Of a DNA stretch of 64,000 nt, positions 1 to 12,852 are shown one piece after another. The notes below the pieces were generated by a model that worked only from the letters and a program-made list of their open reading frames with translations, did no database searches and was not told where the DNA came from. Made by a program: the position numbers and the translations under genes. This stretch comes from the human T2T-CHM13v2.0 reference genome, Homo sapiens: NCBI RefSeq assembly GCF_009914755.1, contig NC_060929.1, one strand, 5' to 3'. The stretch's first letter is position 1, and every line of letters begins with the position of its first letter.

Positions 1-422
1 CCAGAGGAGGAAGATGTTCACCAATCTCTCAGGATCCTCTTTTAGCTCCAGCTTGCCCATCCTTCAGCAAATGCCCAGCCCCTGCTTGCACTCACTGAGA
101 AAGAGCATCAAAGATGGCTGCCTCACTCCAAAGCTCCAGGTGCACTCTACTCCCCCATCCTGCCTCCCACTCTGCCTCCCACTTGTCGCCACCTCCTTAG
201 TTCATCTTTCTTCCTCCTCTTCCCTTGTGTTATCCTTGGCTTTCCTCTCCATTCTATATGTGTACTTGGATTATATCAGCCTCATCCAGGAAATAACCCA
301 GACCAATTCTATCCAGTCCCCAATGCCACAGTGCAATGCTGAAATTTCTGCCAGATGGGTCCCAATTATCACAAAGAAAAGCAAGCAGCAATTAACAATG
401 CCATAGTCAAGGGAATCTGATA

Positions 423-637
423 CAAGTTGAACATCCTTTATCTGAGAATCTTGGGACCAGAAGTGTTTCAGGCTTTTTTGGACTTTGGAATGTTTACTTT
501 ATACTTATCGGCTAAGCATTTCTAATTTGAAAATTTAAAGTCTGAAATGCTTCAATGAGCTTTTTGTTTTCTCAAGAAGTTTCAGATTTTGAAGTATTTT
601 TTTATTTCAAGTTTTTGGATTTAGAATGCTCAACCTG
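423..637 (+). mobile_element. Tc1/mariner Tigger4a/MER46-like MITE
   Basis: Terminal inverted repeats CAAGTTGAACATCC ... GAATGCTCAACCTG, flanked by TA at 421-422 and 638-639; internal TTGGGACCAGAAGTGTTTC motif typical of this family. Confidence 0.75.
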
Positions 638-789
638 TACTGAAAAATTTCACACTGCCTTGGGGATGGGTCTTGGTGCAGGAAGTTTATAGATACAACT
701 TCACATTAGGAAATTCTAAATCCAAACTTTTTTTAAACCAAACTTTGGGGCCTCAGAACCCACTATATAGCAGTTAGAACTCATTATAT

Positions 790-1255
790 TGAAAATATCA
801 AAAAGCCCAACTCGAAATGGTTAAAAAATAAATGAAATTAGGCAACTGATAGAATTGCAAAAGACAGAGGTAGATCTAGCTTCAGGTAAGGCTTGATCCA
901 GACACTCAATGATGCCACCAAGAATTCAGTACCCTCATCCTAAAGGTCTCATCCTAAAGCTGGCTCCCCTCCTGATCATAGGATCATCTGTCAATATCTC
1001 CACACAAGTCCACTCCCCAGTGACTCAATAAAAGTGTCAGAGTTGAGTCTTATTGTCTTGGTTGGCTGATTTGGATGATATGTCATTGGTTAATCCATAT
1101 GTAATCTCTGTGGTCAGGAAGATGAGAGATACTGGTTGGTTTAAGCTAATTGGGTGTACCCTCTGGGAATGGAGTCAATAATAGCTAACCTACATGGATG
1201 AGAAATGCAAGATACTCTTAGGAAAGGGGAAATGAGTGTTAGAAGGCTAGAAATT
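790..1255. mobile_element. Old ERVL-MaLR LTR (MLT1J/K-like), diverged
   Basis: CCCAACTC..AAATGG, TTCAGGTAAGGCTTGATCCAG..CTCAATGATG and GATTGG-like blocks resemble late MLT1 LTRs; boundaries approximate. Confidence 0.5.
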
Positions 1256-1369
1256 GACCCCAAACTGCAAGCTCCACATGTTTCCTGGATAGAGAACACA
1301 TTAAAATATTTAACTGACCTCAAAATGGTCATAATAATGCATGTTTGCACAACTCTTTAAAATATACAT

Positions 1370-2030
1370 ATATATACTTTAATTTTTAGAGCAGTTTTAG
1401 GTTCACAGCAAAATTGAGTGGAGATGCAGAGATATCCCACATACCCTCTGCACCCACACAAGCATTGCCTACCAACTTATCAATATTCCCCACCAGAGGG
1501 TATATTTGTTGCATTTGATGAGCCTACATTGACACATCATTATCACCCAAAGCCTATAGTTTACATTTGGGTTTACTCAGTGTTGCACATTCTGTGGATT
1601 TAGACAAATGTATGATGACAAGTATACACCATTGTAGTATCATACAGAGTAGTTTCACTGCCCTAAAAATCCCCTGTGTTCCACTGATTCATTCCTCTCT
1701 ACCCCAACCCCTGGCAACCACTGATCTTTTTACTGTCTCCATAGTTTTGCCTTTTCCAGAATGTCATATAGTTGGAATTACACAATATATAGCCTTTTCA
1801 GACTGGCTTCTTTCACTTAGCATGCACTTAAGTTTCCTTCATGTCTATTCATGGCTTGACATCTCATTTCCTTTCGGCACTGAATAATGTTCATTGTCTG
1901 GATGTTCCACAGTTTATTTATCCATTCACCTACTGAAGGACATCTTGGCTGCTTCCAAGTTTTTGCAAAATCATGAATAAAGCTGCTATAAACATCTGTG
2001 TTCCGGTTTTTTTATGAACATAAGTTTTCA
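1370..2030 (-). mobile_element. Old L1 (L1M, L1MC-like) 3' end, antisense
   Basis: TTTTTAGAGCAGTTTTAGGTTCACAGCAAAATTGAG ... CCTTTTCCAGAATGTCATATAGTTGGAAT ... CCATTCACCTACTGAAGGACATCTTGG are typical L1M 3' sequences in reverse. Confidence 0.8.
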
Positions 2031-3181
2031 TGCACACTTTTGAACAGTTCCTTTTCATCCATTACTTCTTTGGAGCCCCACATTTTCTCTGAAAGGTAGA
2101 TACTAGTAACTCCAATGTCTAGATTACCAAACTGAGGTTCTGGCCAAGAACGCATAACAGATCAGTGATAGAGATGAGATTTGAACTCCTAAGGTCTATA
2201 TTTTTTTCCTGGCCTTGTCATTGACTTCCTGGAAGATGAGTTTCTAGAAAACCAAACTCAAAGCTGCCCCCAAATGGCAAAACACAGACCGAGCCCAAGT
2301 TCTTCATCCCCTACTCAGTACACACATATGCCCACCAGGACAGCCTGTTTCATGCTGCCCTTGGTTCTGGGCACCCTGAATTCGATCGTTGGTGAGTCTG
2401 GCTGATGGCATGACCCACCCTCAGGCCCCCTGATAGTACCGTTATTTTCCACTAGGCAGATTCCCTGGCTGTATCCAAACCAACTCCAACCAGACTCTAA
2501 GTCCCTTGCCTCCCTCCTTCCCTCTGTTCTTGCCTTTCATCATCCAGTGTTTACTGAATACCACCTAAGACCTAATGTCCTTATCATAGCATTTTAGCTC
2601 CCTCATTTCCATTCCTCTGACCTCTCCCTCCAACCACTTTCCCCTCATTCACTCTACTCCAGCCACCTACACTCTTCACAGTTCCACAGATGTATGAGGC
2701 ACACTCCACCTGGTCCCTGCTTCTTACCCACAGGGCTTATTCTCTCATTTCTTTGAAGTTTCTACTTAAATAACACCTTATAAGCAAGGTCTTCTCTGAC
2801 CTCCCAGGAAAAAAAACATCAACATCTCCAGTACTTCTAGCACCATCTCTGTTTTAACTTTTTTAAAATTTGTATGATAACAATTATCACAACAAATGTC
2901 TTACATATTTATGGATTTATTATATGTCTCCCTGTTCCATGAGAAGATGAAATTTTCAAAGACAGAGATTTTTGGTTTTATCCATTGATGAATTCTAAGC
3001 ATCTAGAACTATTCTTGGCCCCCTAGGGTACTCAGCAAATATTTGTTGAAATAATGAATCCTATCAAGACTGTCATGTAATGACTCTCTTCCAGACAGGG
3101 GTGACACCAGCCCAAGGACTCTCCAATCTCAGGAAACCCAGATGAGACTCTCCAAGAGCTAATCTTGAAGACCCTTTTACC

Positions 3182-3471
3182 TTTTCCTTTTGTTTTAAGA
3201 GACAGGGTCTTGATCTGTCCCCCAGGCTGGATGCAGTGGCATAATCACAGCTCACTACAACTTTGAACTCCTGGGCTCAAGCAATTCTCCAAGCTCAGGC
3301 TTCCAAGTAGTTAGGACTACAGGCATGCACCAAATATATATATGTATATTTTCTAGAGATGAGGTCTCACTATGTTGTCCAGACTGGTCTTAAACTCCTG
3401 ACCTAAAGTGATTCTCCCACCATAGCCCCGCAAAGCACTGGTATTGCAGGTGTAAGCTACCACTCCCAGCC
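3182..3471 (-). mobile_element. AluJ
   Basis: GAGACAGGGTCT..., AACTCCTGGGCTCAAGCAAT and GTCTCACTATGTTG (J diagnostics). Confidence 0.85.
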
Positions 3472-4559
3472 TACCTCTCACTCTTGGGGTGCTCCTCTCC
3501 CTCCCCATGACAGTGATGGGATGGCATGATACCCAGCACTCCACTAATTCCAAAGAAATCCCCTTTCCTTCTCTCTTTAACTTCAACTTTGTATGCCCTC
3601 AAGCCTGGTCAAAATTGTTTCAAAATCAATTAGTATATCTTTCATTGGTAGACTGGCACCTCACTTTGCCTGAGGCTGCTTGGCATATACATTTTATTTC
3701 TGGTCTCTGTGGCTTCAGCTGACATTGAAATATAAACAGTCCACTAACACCCTGCTACACATACATCATATCACTGAATGTTCACAAGGACCATGCCACA
3801 CAAATCTCCTTGTCTCTCTTTTGCAGATAGGGAAACTGAGGCTCAGAGAGCTATTACTCTCTCACTGGATAAATGATCACAAAGTACTTGTCTCTCAGTT
3901 GAGAGAGCTATGGATATTATGGTATTCCGGCCCCTCAATGCCACTCCTAGACCGTGAGTCAGGGTCTGATTGTCTGCTGTTTTCACTGTAGCGTAGGACT
4001 CTGCCTCCCACCCAGTCCTTAGAACATCCCCTACTCCCAGCCAGGCAGAGCCCAGAGAGGCTGTGGACACCGATCAGCAGACCTCTTATCCACCGATGCA
4101 ATAAGCAGCTTGGAAAGGAGATAAATGGATGTGATTATTGGCTTCAAATGAGGTTTAGGGATTATCTGTGGATTTTCTTTATCCTTGTGGCAGACACAGT
4201 GGAGAAGGGAGGGGCTGTGAGTTCAGAACCCAGGGGAGGGGACCAAGCACCTTCGTGACTTGAATTGTACCAAAGCTTGAGAGTCAGATGAATTTTGGCA
4301 CGCATACAAGCTCTGTGGCCTTGGGTGCGTCACTTCACCTCTCTGAACCTGCTACCTTCCTCTCCACAAGGAGTGGAAACATGCTAGAAATGTTCTTCTT
4401 TCACATCAGAATAGGGTCACTCACTCAAGTACTGGTTTGAAGGAGTTCACATACAACCGCAAAACTGCATTAATTACCTCTGGGCATCTTATCTCCTATT
4501 GCAACTCCTCAGCAACATCTTGAAAGAGCAAACTGAAATTACTATATACAACACTAGCA

Positions 4560-4795
4560 ATAATAATAGCAGCCTCCATATACTGAGCTCTTCTTAAATG
4601 CAAGCACTTGTGGTCATATTACCACTTAATCCTCTCAATAAATGCTAAGAAGTAGTTTTATTGTATTCCCATTTTACAGAGAGGAAACTGAGTTCCATCT
4701 GGCTTGCCCAGTGTCACAAAGTTGATGAGGGGTAAGACCATGCCTAGAACTCAGGGTTAGGTCCCCCAAAGCCAATATTTAAACCACCTGCTAAA
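4560..4795. mobile_element. MIR SINE (representative of dozens across the window)
   Basis: Core CCCATTTTACAGAGAGGAAACTGAG...CTTGCCCA; similar cores near 3830, 14985, 24270, 25030, 35470, 45435, 52575 and elsewhere. Confidence 0.75.
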
Positions 4796-5307
4796 TGCCT
4801 CCATTGCATGTGCCGTGATTTCAATAGCATATTCTGAAATGGGTTTGAACCAGCTTCATTAGAGTAATTATATGTAATCCAACTACTTTTGTGAGCACTA
4901 GCTATACTTGTCTCTCTGAGTCGTCATTTCTTCATCTGTTAACTGGGGGTGATAACGCCTTCTCTCATATGGCTGTTTTGAGAATTGAATGAGATGTAAT
5001 AAACATTTAAGAAGTATCAGTTTTCCTTCTTTTCACCTCAAAAAAATTAATATAAATTGATTTGCTGAAATTATAACAACTGGGGTTTAAGAATATCAAT
5101 AACAATAGGAAAATAAGTCAGGTGCAAAATTGATGATGTTGGAAATTGTCTACCTACCCAGTCGTGTGTCGCACAATGCTAGAAGTTTTGAGATGCCGTT
5201 TATTGCATTGACACTAGAGCTACATGACATGGAAATTAGAGTGGAAAAAGTGTCATTCTCACTAATTCAACAAACAAGCATTGAGCTACTTTTGCCAGCA
5301 CTGTGGG

Positions 5308-5686
5308 TGCTATGGTCTGTATGTGTCCTCAAAATACATGTGCTGGAAACTTAATCCTCAGTGCAATAGCACTGGGAGGTGGGGCCTTTGGGGAAGGCTT
5401 TTAGGTCATGAGGCCTTGCCCTCATGAACAGATTAAAGCCACTATAAAAAGGGCTTGTGGGAGTGAGTTCTGTCTCTTCTGCTCTTCTGCCATGTGAGAA
5501 CAGAATTCATCCCTTTTGTCCTTCCACCTTCTGCCATGTGAGGGCACAGCAAGGAGGCTCTCACCAGATGCAGTGCCTTGTTCTTGCACTTCCCAGCCTC
5601 CAAAACTATGAGAAAATAAACTTCTGTTCTTTATAAGTTACTCAGTCTCAGGTATGTTGTTGTAGCAACACAAAACAGACTAAGAC
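5308..5686. mobile_element. MST (ERVL-MaLR) solo LTR inserted in an L2
   Basis: TGCTATGGTCTG..ATGTGTCC..GAAACTTAATCC start; AATAAA..TTCTGTTCTTTATAAGTTACTCAGTCTCAGGTAT..AACAGACTAAGAC end. Confidence 0.85.
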
Positions 5687-5719
5687 CCAATGTCCTTACC
5701 ATAGCATTTTAGCATTTTA

Positions 5720-6188
5720 GCTATGGGTTCAGAGATAAACAAAACAGATATGGTCCTTGCTCTCATGGACATTACATTCTAGTGAAAGAAACAGAAAATA
5801 AACATAAATAAGATGTTTCAAGGAGTAGCGTGTGTTATCAAAAATAAAACAAGGTAATCATATAGTGTAACTTGGGGCAAGAAGAGGCTATTTTAAAGAG
5901 CAAGCAGTTCAACTTTCTCTGAGAAATAAACATTGACACAAAGGCCTGAATATTGAAGAATAGGCACTCCTGGAAGGAGCTAAGGCCCAGAGCTGAGAAT
6001 GAAAGGTATGTGTTCAAGGTACACAAAGCAACTGCAGCTAGTGTGGAGTGAGCATCAGGGTAACTAATGGAATAATAAAATTTAAAAAAACAGGTGGCAC
6101 CAAATTATGCAAAACCTTGAAGGCCATTGTAAAAAGTTTGGATTTCATTCTAAGTTCAACAGGAAAAATACCATTAGAAATTTTTAGC
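5720..6188. mobile_element. L2 LINE 3' fragment (continues from ~5260)
   Basis: CAAAACAGATATGGTCCTTGCTCTCATGGACATTACATTCTAGTG and GGCCATTGTAAAAAGTTTGGATTTCATTCTAAG L2 motifs. Confidence 0.65.
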
Positions 6189-7013
<825 letters not shown>

Positions 7014-7014
7014 T

Positions 7015-8318
<1,304 letters not shown>

Positions 8319-8319
8319 A

Positions 8320-8614
8320 GTTTTTTTGTTTGTTTTTTATTTGCTTGTTTGTTTGTTTGTTTGAGACAGAGTCTCACTCTGTCATGCAGGCTAGAATATA
8401 GTGGCACAATCTCGGCTCACTGCAACCTCCACCTCCTAGTAGCTGGGACTAACACAGGCGTGCACCATCACATCTGGCTAATTTTTGTATTTTTAGTAGA
8501 GATGGGGTTTCACCATCTTAGCCAGGCTGGTCTTGAACTCCTGACCTCAGGCAGTCCACTTGCCTTGGCCTCCCAAAGTGCTGGGATTACAGGTGTGAGC
8601 CATGGTGCCTAGCC
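8320..8614 (-). mobile_element. AluS with internal deletion
   Basis: (TTTG)n tail, GAGACAGAGTCTCACTCTGTC ... CCCAAAGTGCTGGGATTACAGG. Confidence 0.9.
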
Positions 8615-11137
8615 TTGACTTCTTTCTTACTCATCTGTGAAGTGAGGATGAGAGTCAAACCTACCTCACTGGGTTAATATGTTTCAAGGGCTTCAAAAGT
8701 CCCTGATACAATTCAGCCCTCTGTAAGTTAGCCATTTTCAGGGTCTGTGTGGACTTCCCCGAGGGATGAAGAGACAGAAGGTAGATTTTAGTTCTTGTGC
8801 CAAGACTGTTTAATTAGCATGGTGATTGCCCTTTAAATCAAGGAAACAAATGATGGCATATAATGTTATTGCCACATAATAAAGTCCATCAGGACCAAAA
8901 TCCAGGAGCCAAAAGACATCAAGTGCATATATACAACAGAGGAAATCCTGGCTTAGCTGGGCATTGGCTGTCTAGGTGCTAATATGCTTTTCTGTATATG
9001 GGAGAGGAAAATCGTTACGATTATTCAGCAACCATTTTGGAGAGCTAAATTCCAGCCTCCCCAAAGTGCTTGGAGATAAGGGGCAATACACTTCAACTTT
9101 CCAGAGTCCATAGTCCAGAGTTGTGCACTCCTAGATTAAGTGATACTGCTCATCCCTTTGAATTATTGCAGCAGCCTTTAAGCTAGACTCCCATCTGTGT
9201 CCAATTTTTTCCTCTTCAACCAATACTGATCACCTACACTGTCTCAGGTTCTCTACTGGGTGCTAGGGGACAATGAGAACAAGCTCACAGGGATGGCGCA
9301 CTATTAAAGCACTTTGCAAATTGTAAAGTATTGATTCAATGCTGTTGCTGTGGGGATGATCAGGGGTAGTGGCAGTTGTTAAAGCAGTTGTTGAACAGTT
9401 CTCTGCTGCCTATGGAATAGAGGCATGGCAGCCAAGTCCAAACCAATTCCTGCCTAATTTCCCATCCCCTATTCCCTACATCAGCTTTACAGTCATCCAC
9501 ACCGAACCTATAGCAGTCCCTTCATTTTCACACCCCAAGGCTCTTAAATATTCCATTTCCTCTATCTGACATATTTTCTTCCTTTTGTCTGCCTGTAAAA
9601 CCCCCACTTAATCCTTTAGGTTCCAATTTCACCCTCCTGTAACTCCTCCTAACAGGCAGTGTTCATCCCTTCCATGAGCATTTCTCAGTAAAGGCCAAGA
9701 TATATCAGAATGACCTAAAATCATCTTCAAATCCCAGGCCCATACTGCTCACCAGAAGTTCAGATTCAACAGGTCTGGGGTGCATAATGATTAAGAGCTC
9801 AGGCTTTGAGTCAAAAAAACTCAGGTTAAGCCCCAGCTCAGTTGTTTACCAGCTCCATGAGCTTGGCCATGTTACTTAACTTCCCTAAGACAGTTTCCTC
9901 TGTGAAAAGGGAATAGGAAAAAGAAAGAATGACTCGTTGAGACAAAGTACATAAAATAGTACAGTACCTGACATCTGGGAAGCACTCAACAAATTATCAT
10001 CATTGTTATTGAAAAGAGTTCCATTTTATTCTGATTTTGACAGCCTATCCACTTCTTCCCCACCCTACCCCATGCCTCTCCAGGTTGAGAATCACTGTTG
10101 AGCAATTATCAAATTGTATTATAATCCAATGTGTATGTGCTTGGGTCTCCTACTACCAGGAAATTCAGAAACTATGTCATAGTTGTAGATCCCCAACATG
10201 TAGCACTGTATCAAGAACAGCGTCAGTATTTACAAGCTGTGTGACCTTGTTCAAGTCTGTCTGCCTCTTTTGGCCTCAGTTGATTTGGCATAAAATGGGG
10301 AGAATAATGCTTACCAGATAAGGTTGTCAGAAATATCAAGTGAGATAGTGAATTTGAAATTACTTTAAATGATGTGTAGGAGTGAATTGCTATGCTTCTG
10401 CCATCTGGGGTGAAAAGGGGCTATGGTCCAGGTTTGTCACTTTATCTATGCCACATATCTAGGTAAAGGGGCTCTCTCCTTTCTCTCCTTCCCTATCTCA
10501 TGGAGTATCAGTTTGATCCTCTTTCCTTAAACATTCGTAGATGATTTGTGCCTAATAGAAGACTTTAAAATGACCTGCAAAGTGGCTCAAGCCTTTCCAA
10601 GGAGAAAGGGACTATTGGTGCATTGGTGTAAGTTCAGTTTCTCTCAGAATGCTAACCACTGAGAACACTGCAGTAAGCTTGACAGACAGGATCCTTGCTC
10701 TGGTTGCGTTTGAATTCTAGTTGAGGGAAAGTGAATGATACACAGGTAAACATATAAATAAAATAATTTCAGAGAGTAATAAGTACTACAAAAAAAAAGA
10801 AGAAAAGAAAAAATGCAACAGGTAATGTTATAGAGTGATTGGGGGAGGAAGCATTAGGTAGGTGGCCAGAGAAGGCCTCTTTGACAAGGTGACATTTGGG
10901 CTGAAATTCAAATGACAAGTATTCAGCCATATAAAGATCAAGATGATGAGGGTCCCAAGCAAATAAAACAGCAAATAAAATTAAAAAAAAAAACTTTAAA
11001 AATACCTTGGTACAAAATGGAGGCCATTGTAGGAGGAATTACTGAGACGGGGAGAGTGGGTCATGAGGAGGCAGGAGGGTTGGGCACGGATGTTGTACGC
11101 GGAGCTTCGCAGTCTGTGATTCAAAAAATAGAAATCA

Positions 11138-11477
<340 letters not shown>

Positions 11478-12299
11478 TTATTTTGCCCTCTGCTTCTCAT
11501 GTGTACATTCATTCAGCAGATATAACTCAACCTCTATTGTGTGCCAGTCACCATGCTAGGAGATGAAGATACAGAGAAACATAAAATATGGAACTAGTTT
11601 TTATTAGCCTGGCAACTGAGGATAGAGGTGCATGAGTAACACAATATGATGAGAAGTGTAGTGGAGGGTTGTAAAGGCTGAGGGATCCTAGAGGAGGCGG
11701 TGACTGACTGTGCCTTAGGGGCCAGGAAAATTTGCATGGAAAATGAGGATGCTTTCACTTGCAGATAAAGCATAAGTAGTAAGGAAGGGAGAAAGTCTCA
11801 GCCAAAGGGAAGGGCAGGTGCTAAGGCCCTGGGGTGAGCCTGTTCAGAGTAAGTGGTCCTCTGTCATGATGGGCACATAGCTTGTCTTGCTAGTGAAGGA
11901 TCTCGTCAAAAAGTTAGTTTAGAGAGCTTTCTCTGGGACATGGTAAAAGACAACCTGGAATGAAGTACTAGCGGCAGTCAGGCCAGTGAGTGGGGTTGGC
12001 AACAGAGCAGGTAGGTAGACCTGCATTTGGTTGCTGGTCACAGAAATGGAGAGTGAGAGATATTTCTAAGTCAGGATGCCCTAGTGGCAGACCCCCAAGT
12101 CCTCGAACTTCAGGGCAGAACTGCCTGGGTGGGAACTCTCCCATGTCTCCTTGATTTCACTGCCACCTCTGCTGGCGTCCTCTCTCATCTCCGCCGCCAG
12201 CCCCCGCCTCCTTTCTCGGGAAGCTTGGGTCTCCCTGGGAGCGGGTCTGCCCTTAGGGGGAGGCCTCTGGGCTCTGTGCCCTGCAGCTCGGCAGGCATT

Positions 12300-12466
12300 C
12301 GAGGCGGACAGAAACGGGGCTTGGCGCCCCCCGCGTGCACGTGTGCTAGCCCAGGCAGGAGGGAGCGCCTCGGCGGAGGAGTCAAGGAAGAGGGGGAGGG
12401 AGAAACGCGCCAGAACCTCGGCCCGGGCGCCCTCGTCGGCCGCGGAGGAGCTGCAGCCTCCAACAG
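12300..12466 (+). other. CPLX2: Non-coding first exon (5'UTR); start approximate
   Basis: Ends at donor CAG|GTTCGT (12466/12467); the join ...GCAGCCTCCAACAG|GAAGGTGTGGTCCC... with the 24688 exon matches my recollection of the CPLX2 long-leader mRNA; no ATG in this exon. Confidence 0.65.
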
Positions 12467-12663
12467 GTTCGTAGAACGCGCGCTCGCTCCCTGTGGCTGA
12501 GCCGCCCTCCTCCGCGGGAGCGGTTGGCGGAGAGACCCCGGCCACAGGCCCCGCGCTCGAGAGCTTCCTAGAGGCGGCTTCCTCCGGCCTCTCCCCCTCC
12601 CTGGAGCTCTCAGCCGCCGGCGGCTCTTCCGGGGCGAGGCAGAGGGCGCCTCGGGCTTCTCGC

Positions 12664-12852
12664 TCCAGCACCATCTCGGGGACAGCTCCCGCGCCGCACC
12701 GGGTCCCTATCGGGTCAGCACTGCAGCGGCGGACAGCGGCGGCCGGGCGGGCTCCTCCGCACCCTCCGCCCTGGTTCCGCGCGGCTGCTAAGGACCGTCC
12801 CTCGCCCCCGCGGGCCGCTCCCAACGCTAGCACCGCGGCGGCGGACAGCTCT
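12664..12852 (+). promoter_or_regulatory. Cluster of three non-canonical (long-spacer) RE1/NRSE-like REST sites
   Basis: TCCAGCACC-N7-GGACAGCTCC (12664-12689), GTCAGCACT-N8-GGACAGCGGC (12714-12740), GCTAGCACC-N8-GGACAGCTCT (12826-12852). Confidence 0.6.
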
